Positions 17,581 to 27,046 of a stretch of 64,000 nucleotides of DNA are shown piece after piece. Position numbers and translations under genes: made by a program. Below the pieces are notes generated by a model, which saw only the letters and a list, made by a program, of their open reading frames with translations, had not been told where the DNA came from and did not search any database. The stretch is from an uncultured Clostridia bacterium (GTDB lineage: Bacteria; Bacillota; Clostridia; Christensenellales; CAG-917), in contig CANQNC010000002.1 in NCBI GenBank assembly GCA_947625145.1, positions 22,576 to 86,575 of the forward strand, written 5' to 3'. The number at the start of each line of letters is the position of its first letter. Position 1 is the stretch's first letter.

Positions 17581-19575
17581 ATGGACAAGAAAGACAAAAA
17601 GAAGTTTTATTTGACAACGGCGATCACATATACGTCGGGCAAGCCGCACGTGGGCAACACCTACGAGGTCGTGCTTGCGGATCTCGTCGCGCGCGCAAAG
17701 CGTATGCAGGGCTACGACGTGTTCTTCCAAACGGGCACGGACGAGCACGGCGAAAAGATAGAGCAAAAAGCGCAGGCGGCGGGAGTCTCTCCCAAGCAAT
17801 TCGTGGACGGCGTTGCAAGGGACATCAAGCGGATTTGGGATCTTATGGGCGCCTCGTACGACAAGTTTGTCCGTACCACGGACGAACGCCACGAGGAGCA
17901 GGTGAAAAAGATCTTCCGCAAACTGTACGAGCAGGGCGACATCTACAAGGGCAAGTACAGCGGGTGGTATTGCACGCCGTGCGAGTCCTTTTGGACGGAA
18001 AGTCAGCTTGTGGACGGCAAATGCCCCGATTGCGGCAGAGAGGTCAAGATGGCGGAAGAGGAGGCGTATTTCTTTGCCATGAGCAAGTATGCCGACAGGT
18101 TGACGAAGTATTATGACGAGCACCCCGAATTTATCCTCCCTCTTTCGCGCAAAAACGAGATGGTCAACAACTTTTTGAAGCCCGGGCTTCAGGACCTTTG
18201 CGTGTCCCGCTCGTCGTTCAGCTGGGGCATACCCGTGGATTTCGACCCGAAGCACGTCGTGTACGTGTGGCTGGACGCACTTACAAACTATATCACGGGC
18301 ATAGGCTACGGAGTGGACGGCAGCGACGAGGACTTCGAGAGGCTCTGGCCCGCGGACGTGCATATCATAGGCAAGGATATCGTGCGCTTCCACGTGATAT
18401 ATTGGCCCATATTCCTTATGGCGCTTGGCTTGCCCCTGCCGAAGAGGATATACGGGCATCCGTGGCTGTTGCAAAACGGCGGAAAGATGTCCAAATCAAA
18501 GGGCAACGTGATCTACGCGGACGACCTCGCGGAAGTGTTCGGCGTAGACGCGACAAGATACTTCATGCTGTCGCAAATGCCCTTCGACAACGACGGCTTG
18601 ATAAGTTGGGAGCAGGTGACGGAAGTCGTAAACAGCGAGCTTGTCAACGTCTACGGCAACCTCGTCCAGCGCACTGTCGCAATGGCAAACAAGTATTTCG
18701 GCGGAGTCGTGGAGGACAAGGGCGCGCACGAGGACGTGGACGCGGAACTTGAAAGCGTCGTGTCCGCGGTCCGCGACAAGGCGTTCGGCGCATTGGAGGA
18801 CTTCAAAGCCGCAGAGGCGGCCTCCGAGATATTTACCGCGCTGAGGCGCGCGAACAAGTATATCGACGAGACCACGCCTTGGGCGCTCGCCAAGGACGAG
18901 AGCAAAAGGGACAGGTTGGAGACCGTGCTTCACGAGCTGTTGGAATCCATCGCCATTTTGTCAGAACTGCTGACGCCCTTCATGCCCGCCGCGGCAGAGA
19001 AGGCGCTCGCGCAGTGCGGCGCGGAGCCCAGAGGTTATGATGATCTGAATCGTTTTGGCGTGCTCGGGAAGGTGCGGGTGGCGCAAAAGCCCGAATATCT
19101 GTTTGTGCGGCTTGATTGGGAGAGCATAAAGAAGTCCTTGATCGAGCGCGGCTTGCTCGGCGAGGAAGAGGCTCCCGCGCAAAAGAAGGAAGCCCCGCGC
19201 GAGGAAAGAAAAAAGGAGGCGGACAACGTCATGGATATATCTCAGATCACCATAGATGATTTTGCAAAGATAAGGCTTCAAGTGGGCAAGATAGTCGCCG
19301 CCGAAAAGGTGGAAAAGTCGGACAAACTCCTCAAATTCCGCGTGCGGATAGGAGAGGAGGAGAGGACGATCGTCAGCGGGATAGCAAAGCACTATACGCC
19401 CGAAGAAACAATAGGCATGGAAGTTGTCGTCGTCACCAATCTCAAGCCCGCAAAACTCAGGGGCATAGAGAGTCAGGGCATGATACTTTGCGCGTGCTAC
19501 GACGGCGAGGACGGCGAGGACGTCGTGATAATATCCCCCAAAAAGGACGTGCCGAGCGGCGCGACGGTGAGATGA
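17581..19575 (+). CDS. metG: Methionine--tRNA ligase with C-terminal tRNA-binding domain
   Basis: FYLTTAITY, HVGN (HIGH), TGTDEHG, CTPCE/CPDC Zn knuckle, KMSKS, NLKPAKLRGIESQGM. Confidence 0.98.
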   Translation: MDKKDKKKFYLTTAITYTSGKPHVGNTYEVVLADLVARAKRMQGYDVFFQTGTDEHGEKIEQKAQAAGVSPKQFVDGVARDIKRIWDLMGASYDKFVRTTDERHEEQVKKIFRKLYEQGDIYKGKYSGWYCTPCESFWTESQLVDGKCPDCGREVKMAEEEAYFFAMSKYADRLTKYYDEHPEFILPLSRKNEMVNNFLKPGLQDLCVSRSSFSWGIPVDFDPKHVVYVWLDALTNYITGIGYGVDGSDEDFERLWPADVHIIGKDIVRFHVIYWPIFLMALGLPLPKRIYGHPWLLQNGGKMSKSKGNVIYADDLAEVFGVDATRYFMLSQMPFDNDGLISWEQVTEVVNSELVNVYGNLVQRTVAMANKYFGGVVEDKGAHEDVDAELESVVSAVRDKAFGALEDFKAAEAASEIFTALRRANKYIDETTPWALAKDESKRDRLETVLHELLESIAILSELLTPFMPAAAEKALAQCGAEPRGYDDLNRFGVLGKVRVAQKPEYLFVRLDWESIKKSLIERGLLGEEEAPAQKKEAPREERKKEADNVMDISQITIDDFAKIRLQVGKIVAAEKVEKSDKLLKFRVRIGEEERTIVSGIAKHYTPEETIGMEVVVVTNLKPAKLRGIESQGMILCACYDGEDGEDVVIISPKKDVPSGATVR

Positions 19576-20348
19576 TGCTGATCGACACACATTGCCATCT
19601 GAATGACGAAAAGCTGTCGGACAGGGCGGAACAGATTGTTGCGTCCTTCAAGGACGACGGGATAGAGAGCGCAGTCTGCGTGGGCTATGACATGCCATCG
19701 AGCGAGCTTGCCGTCAAGCAGGCGGAGCGCTTCGACTCTCTTTATGCCGCGATAGGCATACATCCGCATGACGCGACTTCCGCGGACTATGACGCGTACG
19801 AGCGCCTCGCGACCCTTTCTTCCTCAAAAAAAGTCGTGGCGATAGGCGAGATAGGGCTGGACTATCACTACGACCTCAGCCCGCACGCGATACAAAAGGG
19901 CGCGATGAGCGAGCAGATCGAGCTGGCTTGCACTTTGGGGCTTCCCGTTGTGTTGCACATACGCGACGCCTACGAGGAGGCGAGGAGGACGCTTTCCGAA
20001 ATGAGCGCGTACCTCACAAGCGGCGTGTTGTTGCACTGCTATTCGGGCTCGGCGGAGATGGTCAAACAATTCGACCGCTTCGATTGCTTCTATGCGTTCG
20101 GGGGCGCGATCACATTCAAAAACGCCGTACACAACCTCGAGGCGTTGGCGGCGGTCCCGCGCGACAGGCTTGTGCTGGAGACGGATTGTCCGTACATGAC
20201 TCCCGTCCCGCACAGGGGGGAAGTCAACGAGCCGAAGTATATATCACTTGTCGCGGACAAGGCGGCAGAGGTTTTACACCTAAGCCGCGAGGAAATAGAG
20301 GAGATCACCACTTACAACGCAAAACAGCTGTTTATCCGCATGAAATGA
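19572..20348 (+). CDS. tatD: TatD family DNase
   Basis: IDTHCHL, GIHPH, AIGEIGLDY, LHCYSG, LETDCPY; ATGA overlap with metG. Confidence 0.95.
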   Translation: MMLIDTHCHLNDEKLSDRAEQIVASFKDDGIESAVCVGYDMPSSELAVKQAERFDSLYAAIGIHPHDATSADYDAYERLATLSSSKKVVAIGEIGLDYHYDLSPHAIQKGAMSEQIELACTLGLPVVLHIRDAYEEARRTLSEMSAYLTSGVLLHCYSGSAEMVKQFDRFDCFYAFGGAITFKNAVHNLEALAAVPRDRLVLETDCPYMTPVPHRGEVNEPKYISLVADKAAEVLHLSREEIEEITTYNAKQLFIRMK

Positions 20349-20399
20349 GAGGATAAAGTCCGAGTTTTGCTTGTATGACTCTGCGTTGGAGAAGATAGA

Positions 20400-21017
20400 A
20401 TGACAAACAACTACGTATATGAATTTGGGGACAGCCTTTATCTCAATCTCACAAACCGCTGTCCCAATCGCTGCGAATTTTGCATTCGCAACGTGAAAAA
20501 CGGCGTGGGCGGGAGCGACCTCAGATTGCTCAAAGAGCCCACTTTCGACGAGCTGAAAGAGGACATCGGGCTGTTTCCGCTTTCGTCCTACAAAGAGGTG
20601 GTCTTTTGCGGATTCGGGGAGCCGACTTGCAATCTGTCCATGATGTCGCAAGTGGGGCCTTGGCTCAAGCACAATGGCTGTCGCACGCGGCTCAACACCA
20701 ACGGGCTGGGCGGGCTTATCAACAAGCGCGACGACGTGCCCAAACTGATTGCGTCCTACATCGACTGCGTGTCCATATCCCTCAACGCGTCCACGGCGGA
20801 GCTGTATCAGGAGATATGCCGAAGCAAGTTCGGCGAGGCGGCGTTTTACGCCATGCTCGACTTCGCAAAGGGCTGCGTGGAGCAGGGGATAGACACGACC
20901 ATGAGCGTTGTGGACTTCATAGGAGAAGAGGAGATAGAGGCTTGCAGACAGCTCGTCGCCACGACGGGCGCAAAGTTCAGGGTGCGCGAGACCATACGCG
21001 AGGATACGGTCTATTGA
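20400..21017 (+). CDS. TatD-associated radical SAM protein
   Basis: LYLNLTNRCPNRCEFCIR (CxxxCxxC), EVVFCGFGEPT, RLNTNG, SISLNA; adjacent to tatD. Confidence 0.9.
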   Translation: MTNNYVYEFGDSLYLNLTNRCPNRCEFCIRNVKNGVGGSDLRLLKEPTFDELKEDIGLFPLSSYKEVVFCGFGEPTCNLSMMSQVGPWLKHNGCRTRLNTNGLGGLINKRDDVPKLIASYIDCVSISLNASTAELYQEICRSKFGEAAFYAMLDFAKGCVEQGIDTTMSVVDFIGEEEIEACRQLVATTGAKFRVRETIREDTVY

Positions 21018-21158
21018 CCCTGTTCACAAAGACGCAACAAGACAAAAATGCATTGCGGAAGGTTCCGCACACTGCTTCGCCTTCCGCTCGCTTGTACCTA
21101 TCCGTTTTTCATCGGTACGGAATTAGCTTGCGCGGGCGGGACGAATTTATACGGACTC

Positions 21159-22001
21159 ATGAGTGAAGATCTGGATCTTAAGGACATCTTAAAGGCAAGC
21201 GGCTTTCGCTTCAACAAAGCGCTCGGGCAAAATTTCATCACCGACGGCAACCTCCTTTGCGCCATTGTCGCGGACAGCGGCGTGACAAGCGAGGACGTCG
21301 TGATCGAGATAGGCACGGGCGCGGGCACGCTTACGCGCGCGCTTGCCGCAACGGCAAAAAGGGTGATATCCTTTGAGGTGGACAAAAACCTCGCCCCCGT
21401 GCTCGATCTGTCCTTGAAAGGAATTGAAAACGCGGAAGTCGTGTTCCGCGATATCCTGCGCATGACGGACGAGGAGTTGACGGCAATTGTCGGCTGTCCG
21501 TTCAAGGTGGTCGCAAATCTGCCGTATTACGTGACAACGCCCATGATCTTGCGCTTTTTGGAGAGCGAGCTTCCCTCGCTGTCCTTGACGGTGATGGTGC
21601 AAAAGGAAGTTGCGGATCGCTTGGTCGCAAACGTGGGCAGTCCTGACTACTCCTCCATATCCCTTGCGGTGCAGGCGGCGGGCAACGCGCGTATCACGCG
21701 CGCGGTCGGCAAAAAGATGTTTTATCCCATGCCGAGCGTGGACAGCGCGGTGGTGCGCATTGACGTGGACCGCAACAAACTGAGCGGCGAAAACGTCGCC
21801 CTCGTCAAAAAGATAATTCGCGCCGCGTTTGCCATGCGCCGAAAGACTCTTGTCAACAACCTTGTGGTGGCGTTCGGCGTTTCAAAGGCGGAGGGAACGG
21901 CGATCGTGGAAGATGTCGGACTAAGTCCGCTTGTCAGAGGAGAGGCGCTCTCCCTTTCGGATTTCGTCGCGCTTTCAAGGTCACCTTTGCTTTGCCGCTG
22001 A
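21159..22001 (+). CDS. rsmA: 16S rRNA A1518/A1519 dimethyltransferase (KsgA)
   Basis: KALGQNF, VIEIGTGAGTLT, VVANLPYYVTTP, MVQKEVADR, AFAMRRKTL. Confidence 0.96.
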   Translation: MSEDLDLKDILKASGFRFNKALGQNFITDGNLLCAIVADSGVTSEDVVIEIGTGAGTLTRALAATAKRVISFEVDKNLAPVLDLSLKGIENAEVVFRDILRMTDEELTAIVGCPFKVVANLPYYVTTPMILRFLESELPSLSLTVMVQKEVADRLVANVGSPDYSSISLAVQAAGNARITRAVGKKMFYPMPSVDSAVVRIDVDRNKLSGENVALVKKIIRAAFAMRRKTLVNNLVVAFGVSKAEGTAIVEDVGLSPLVRGEALSLSDFVALSRSPLLCR

Positions 22002-22046
22002 GCTTGAATGCGCAGAGCCGAGGACAAAAAGGGCAACGACTGGGAC

Positions 22047-22080
22047 AAAAAAACGCCGCCGTCCAAACGGACGGCGGTTT
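22047..22080. terminator. Intrinsic terminator between rsmA and pgm
   Basis: A-tract, CCGCCGTCC-AAAC-GGACGGCGG, TTT. Confidence 0.7.
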
Positions 22081-22132
22081 CGTATCGCTTGATTTTCAAG
22101 TTTGCGGGATTTGCCCCGCTTGAATTTGCCTT

Positions 22133-23875
22133 TTATTCCACCATTTGAGACATATAGGTGAGATATTCGTTCGCCTTTGCCTCCGCCTCTTCCCGCGTGG
22201 GCTTTGACGTCGCGACGTAAAATTTGAGTTTCGGCTCGGTGCCGCTCGGGCGCACGCATATCCAATCCCCGCCCTCGAGGTGGAGTTTGAGCGCGTTTGT
22301 CTTTGGCAGGTTGATCTCTTCCTTCCTGCCGTCCGCAAAGGTCTTGACTCTTGCCACAAAGTCGCTTTGCGCAAGGACGTCCGTGTCCGCGAGTTTGATG
22401 AATACCGTGTCGCGCAACTCCTGCATGATCGCTTTCATCTTGTCCATGCCGTCCACGCCGCCGAAGGTGATGGACTTCGCCTTTTCCACAAAGAAGCCGT
22501 GCTTTGCATAGATGTCCTGAAGCACGCCGTAAACGCTTTGCCCCTTGGACTCCAAATAGCATACCATCTCGGCAAACATCATGCTTGCGACGACCGCGTC
22601 CTTGTCCCTAGAGTGGGTGCCCACCAAGGAGCCGTAGCTTTCTTCGAAGCCGAACAGATAGACATATTCGCCGCTCTCTTCCCACTCCTTGATCTTTTCG
22701 CCGATAAATTTGAAGCCCGTCAGCACGTCGAACGTGGTCACGCCGTAGCTGTCCGCCACTTTGCGCGCAAGCTCGGTCGTGACGATCGTCTTGACGACGG
22801 CGCCGTTTGAGGGCAGGACTCCCTCCTCTTTTTTGCGGCGGAGTATATAGTTCAAAAGCAACACGCCGATCTGATTCCCGTTCAGCAACACAAACTTGCC
22901 CTCGTCGTCGCGGATGGCGATCCCCATGCGGTCGGAGTCGGGATCCGTGCCTATCACGATATCGCTTCCTATCTTGTCCGCAAGCTCCACGCCCAACTTG
23001 AGCGTGTCCGCCTCTTCGGGGTTGGGCACGCGCACTGTGGAGAAGTCGGGATCGGGGTCTTTTTGCTCTTCGACCACGTTGACCTTTATGCCCATGCGGC
23101 CGAGGATGGTGGTGACTGGCATATAGCCGCTGCCGTGTATGGGGGTGTAGACGATGCGCACGTCCTTTCCGAACTTTTTCACCGCGTCGCCCGACAGCGC
23201 GAGCGCCTCTATCGCGTCGAAATAGCGATCGTCCACGCTCTTGCCGATGATGGTGATGTGCTTGTGCAACTTCTTGCCGTCCAAGCCGCGTATCTTCTTT
23301 TCGGACAGCTTGACCGAAGCCTCTTTTATGCCGAAATATGGGGTTTTGTCAATAAATTCCACCACTTTAGCCGTGGATTCGGGAGACATCTGCGCTCCGT
23401 CCTCGCCGTAGACCTTGTAGCCGTTGTATATCTTGGGATTGTGGGAAGCGGTGATCATCACGCCCGCGATCGCATGAAGATGCCTTATCGCAAACGAGCA
23501 CATGGGCACGGGACGGACGTTTTCATACAAAAACGCGTTTATCCCCGCCGCGGCAAGCACAGTCGCCACTTTGCACGCAAACTCCGTGGACATGCGCCTC
23601 GTGTCGTAAGATATGACGACGCCGCGCTCCATAGCCTCCTCGCCAAGGGTGGTTATGTAGTCGGCAAGCCCCTTTGTGGCGCGCATGACGGTGTAGACGT
23701 TCATTCTGTTTGTGCCGAGTTCGAGGACGCCGCGCATGCCCGCGGTGCCGAATTCGAGCGGCATAAAAAACGCCTCTCTGCGCTGATCCTCGCTCATGGC
23801 GGCGAGTTCCGCTTTTTCCGCGTTTGAAAGCGCTTTGCTCTGCGCCCACTCGGCGTAGCTCTCTTTATATCCCAT
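22133..23875 (-). CDS. pgm: Phosphoglucomutase/phosphomannomutase
   Basis: LEFGTAGMRG, TASHNP, DPDSDR, FEESYG, RPSGTEPKLK; GGAGG RBS before ATG 23875. Confidence 0.95.
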   Translation of the reverse strand: MGYKESYAEWAQSKALSNAEKAELAAMSEDQRREAFFMPLEFGTAGMRGVLELGTNRMNVYTVMRATKGLADYITTLGEEAMERGVVISYDTRRMSTEFACKVATVLAAAGINAFLYENVRPVPMCSFAIRHLHAIAGVMITASHNPKIYNGYKVYGEDGAQMSPESTAKVVEFIDKTPYFGIKEASVKLSEKKIRGLDGKKLHKHITIIGKSVDDRYFDAIEALALSGDAVKKFGKDVRIVYTPIHGSGYMPVTTILGRMGIKVNVVEEQKDPDPDFSTVRVPNPEEADTLKLGVELADKIGSDIVIGTDPDSDRMGIAIRDDEGKFVLLNGNQIGVLLLNYILRRKKEEGVLPSNGAVVKTIVTTELARKVADSYGVTTFDVLTGFKFIGEKIKEWEESGEYVYLFGFEESYGSLVGTHSRDKDAVVASMMFAEMVCYLESKGQSVYGVLQDIYAKHGFFVEKAKSITFGGVDGMDKMKAIMQELRDTVFIKLADTDVLAQSDFVARVKTFADGRKEEINLPKTNALKLHLEGGDWICVRPSGTEPKLKFYVATSKPTREEAEAKANEYLTYMSQMVE

Positions 23876-23920
23876 AAAAAACCTCCGATACAACAGCCGT
23901 AAAGGCATTATACTGAAAAC

Positions 23921-23949
23921 ATTATAAAATCAATATGAAAATAAGTCAA
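23921..23949 (-). promoter_or_regulatory. sigmaA promoter of pgm
   Basis: Minus strand TTGACT-17 nt-TATAAT. Confidence 0.7.
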
Positions 23950-23974
23950 GACCGCATTGGAAACAACGGCGGAA

Positions 23975-24000
23975 ACAAAAAGCGCTCCGTCGGGGAGCGC
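23975..24000 (-). terminator. Intrinsic terminator (minus strand)
   Basis: Minus strand GCGCTCC-CCGAC-GGAGCGC-TTTTTG. Confidence 0.6.
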
Positions 24001-24268
24001 ACAGCGCGGATATGCAACATTTGACGCGGCATACGTTGAGCTTTTAAGGAGCGCACAGCGCGGTTGTTTTACGTTTAACGCGGTATAGATATTTGAGTTC
24101 AGGTTCCGTCAAAGAGATCAAATGCGGTTTTGAAACGGTTGAAGCGGCATAGATCGTACTTATGTTTCAGTCAAGGAGAGCAAACCCGAGAAAGGATATG
24201 GTTTGGCATAGATGAGAATTTCCCTTTCAAGTGGCGCGAAACGCCGAAATGCGGGGCGGGATACGGGC

Positions 24269-24715
24269 TTATTCGTCGAAAACCTCTTCCTCGCCGTCTC
24301 CGTCGTACTCCTCATCATATTCGTCCTTGTCATCATCGTCGTACTCGTCCTCGTCGTCATCATCGTCGATGATTTTCGGATAGAGTTCTTCTTCGGGGAC
24401 GGGCGTTGCGCCCGCAAAATCGCAGAGGAGTTCGAGATGCCTCGGCGTGCCATAGCGCGCCACTTCGTCCACAAAGCGCAACTTTTCAAACGGATATGGC
24501 GCCTCGGAGGACGTGCCGTAGCTCACGGCGCTCACAAAAACCGCCTTCTTTTCGTTTGAGACAGTCACGACCGCCATGTCTCCCTCCTGCACGTCTCCGT
24601 CGCAAAGGTAGGTGTAGCCGTACGAGCCCGTGCGGAAAAGCGCCTTCACGTAGGTGTAGACCTTGCGGTCCTCTCTGCTTTTTGCCTGTAAAAAATCTTT
24701 CAGATCGGTGAACAT
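24269..24715 (-). CDS. Hypothetical protein with a long Asp/Glu tail
   Basis: YTYLCDGDVQEGDMAVV small beta domain, then DDDDDEDEYDDDDKDEY tail; TTGACA-17-TACAAT ends 6 nt before ATG 24715. Confidence 0.8.
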   Translation of the reverse strand: MFTDLKDFLQAKSREDRKVYTYVKALFRTGSYGYTYLCDGDVQEGDMAVVTVSNEKKAVFVSAVSYGTSSEAPYPFEKLRFVDEVARYGTPRHLELLCDFAGATPVPEEELYPKIIDDDDDEDEYDDDDKDEYDEEYDGDGEEEVFDE

Positions 24716-25036
24716 GAAAAAATTGTAGTACGGGCGCAAAATTTTGTCAACTCAAATCCTTTTTCGCGTTTAGAGGCAATGAAAAAGGAAAGATTCAATG
24801 CGTATGCCGCAAATTCATTCTTTTCTATTTCATCCGATTAGAAGTGCGTTTTACGCTTCGTCGTTTCCTCTGCATTGCGTTTTGCTTTATTTTTTCCGTC
24901 TTGGTTGTATGTTTGAGTTTTGCTTTGACAGTGTTATTTGTTCCTTCCCTCTTCGTTTATTTCCGCCCTTGGCAGTGCGCTTTGTCTCTCCGTGAATCAG
25001 CTCTTTTTTCGGCTTTTCGGCATATGGGCGCGGAGT

Positions 25037-25843
25037 TTAAGTTTTGGTTTGTTGTTCGGGCAACGCGGTGCCGCGCAAGATTATCTGCTTTTTGGGCGCG
25101 TACGTGTCGCGGCGTATCAGCACGGATCTGACAAGTTTTCCGTCCTCGAAATAGTCCAGATAGCCCTCCGAGACAATGCCGTTTGCGCCGTACGCGTCCA
25201 CGACTTCCTCGCCGAGGGGCAGGGTTGCGTCGTCGCGGAATTCGGTGGAAAAGGGCAGGGTGTCCAGCGTTTGCGAGCGCCGTCTTATGTTGGCTTCGTC
25301 CACGCCGTAGATCTCGGCGCGCAGATATTTGCCGTCCGCGATCATCTTTATCGTGATGGGGGAGGAGAGCGTGTTGACAAAGCGCAGGTCGCTCGCGGTG
25401 GAGACCATTGCGTCAAAAGAGGGCGCGACGTAGCTTACGGGCAGGGAGTGCGCGCGCACTTGCGATATGTCCAGCCCCGCAAGCAGAGCGCAGTTGTAAA
25501 GGGTGCTCGAAACTTGACAGACTCCCCCTCCCACGCCCTCGACAAACTCGCCGTCGCTGATGATGTACGCCTTTTGAAAGCCGTTCGCCTCCGTGCGCCT
25601 GCCAACCGCGTCGTTGAAGGAAAACTCCTCTTCGGGGTAAAGCACGGCGCCGCTTATCTTTCTTGCCGCAAGCGCGATATTGTGCTTTCTGCCCTCTCCG
25701 CTTTCCCCGTAGTAGGTGGAAAAATGCGCGATCAGCTTCACTTCGGGCGCTTCGGCAAAGGCAACGCGTAAAGTCATATTCAGCCCTCCCAAGACGGCGA
25801 ACAACAACGTCGCCGCCAACAAAATGCAAACTCTTCTTCTCAT
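25037..25843 (-). CDS. VanW-family exported protein with C-terminal G5-like domain (YoaR-like)
   Basis: Signal peptide; FSTYY...RKHNIALAA, FSFNDAVGRRT, GVGGGVCQVSSTLYN, HSLPVSYV, DLRFVN. Confidence 0.9.
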   Translation of the reverse strand: MRRRVCILLAATLLFAVLGGLNMTLRVAFAEAPEVKLIAHFSTYYGESGEGRKHNIALAARKISGAVLYPEEEFSFNDAVGRRTEANGFQKAYIISDGEFVEGVGGGVCQVSSTLYNCALLAGLDISQVRAHSLPVSYVAPSFDAMVSTASDLRFVNTLSSPITIKMIADGKYLRAEIYGVDEANIRRRSQTLDTLPFSTEFRDDATLPLGEEVVDAYGANGIVSEGYLDYFEDGKLVRSVLIRRDTYAPKKQIILRGTALPEQQTKT

Positions 25844-26067
25844 GAGCATAGTATGCGTAAAAATCAAAAAAGCTGTTTCCGCTTCCCGACAAAAATCCCT
25901 ATGTTCGCGAAGTTTTTCCGCCGAAAAGGAGAAATGTACGCTTCTCGTGCGGCGCGGGAAGAGGAAAAAGCGCGCGATCTGTCCGCGTATGTCCGCAAAA
26001 TTTGTCGATATATGTCCGAAAAAGGGGTATACGCATAAGCGCGTGGGCAAGAAAATAATTTTTTTTG

Positions 26068-26883
26068 ATGAGTTCCGATTTGCTTCTTATCATATCGGCG
26101 TTGCTTGCGGGCGTGGTCGGCACGGGCGCGGGCGGGATCTTGGGCGCTATCTTTGCGGACAAGGGGGACGCGGTGAGCGGCAGGGTGCTCGGCTTTGCGG
26201 CGGGAGTCATGCTTGGCGTGGTGTGTTTCGATATGCTGCCCGAGGCTATGTCCTCGGCTTGCGGCAGACACGGCAACATTTTGACGATAGTCGCTCTTGT
26301 CGGCGGAATGATCGCGATTTGGGGGCTTTCAAAACTGCTCGGGCTTGTAGAGAAAAAACTCTTAAAGCGTTCGGAAAAGAAAAAAGGCGCGGACGCTTTC
26401 CACTCCGTCGCCATGGTGCAGTCCGCAAAAGAGGGAAGGTCGGCGCAACTGCGGGCGGGTCTTATCATGCTTGTCGCGATATCCCTGCACAACGTGCCCG
26501 AAGGCATGGCGATCGGCGCGGCGGGCGCGGCGCAGATTGAGGCGGGAGTGCTTGTCGCAATTGTGATCGCGGTGCACAACGTCCCCGAGGGCATGGCGAT
26601 CGGCGCTCCTCTTTGCGGCGGAGGGGTGAAACCATGGGTCGCCGTTCTGCTTTCCGCGGTGGCGGGAGGCGCAACGGCGATAGGGGCGCTTGTCGGGCTT
26701 GCGGTCGGCTCCGCAAGCGCGTACGCGGTGGGTATATGCCTTGCGGTGGCGGGCGGCGCGATGCTCGAGGTCAGCGCGCTCGAACTTTTGCCAGAGGCGT
26801 GCGGGCTTGCCCCCGCAAAGGGGACGTTTTTTTGCACTTTGCTTGGGATATGCACGGCGGCGATATTTGTGTTTGTGTTTTGA
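26068..26883 (+). CDS. zupT: ZIP-family divalent metal transporter
   Basis: GFAAGVML, two HNVPEG motifs, AVAGGAML...ELLPEA; multiple TMs. Confidence 0.88.
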   Translation: MSSDLLLIISALLAGVVGTGAGGILGAIFADKGDAVSGRVLGFAAGVMLGVVCFDMLPEAMSSACGRHGNILTIVALVGGMIAIWGLSKLLGLVEKKLLKRSEKKKGADAFHSVAMVQSAKEGRSAQLRAGLIMLVAISLHNVPEGMAIGAAGAAQIEAGVLVAIVIAVHNVPEGMAIGAPLCGGGVKPWVAVLLSAVAGGATAIGALVGLAVGSASAYAVGICLAVAGGAMLEVSALELLPEACGLAPAKGTFFCTLLGICTAAIFVFVF

Positions 26884-26986
26884 AAAACGCGATATGTGAT
26901 GAGTTTCGACAAAAATCGCGGGGATTTTCCGTGAAGATCGCGGAGATTTTTCCGTTCTTTTCCTCGCATGGAAATTCGCATAATCC

Positions 26987-27015
26987 TTGCAAGCCGCTTG
27001 AATATGTGCTAAAAT
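26987..27015 (+). promoter_or_regulatory. sigmaA promoter with extended -10
   Basis: TTGCAA-17 nt-TAAAAT with TG at 27007-27008. Confidence 0.65.
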
Positions 27016-27046
27016 ATACGCAAGACCGAATTGACGGGAGACGGCT

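Noticed and set aside
17537-17581. T-box or SAM riboswitch upstream of metG
   Set aside because: Only 43 bp separate the LRR gene from metG; no room and no T-box or S-box motif
24750-25036. T-rich low-complexity spacer and its short ORFs (24798-24995, 24844-25131)
   Set aside because: F/L/C-rich translations reflect base composition; no RBS; no convincing RNA structure beyond weak hairpins
25037-25843. Vancomycin resistance locus
   Set aside because: VanW-domain protein is alone, with no vanHAX or vanRS; such proteins are common chromosomal genes in spore-formers
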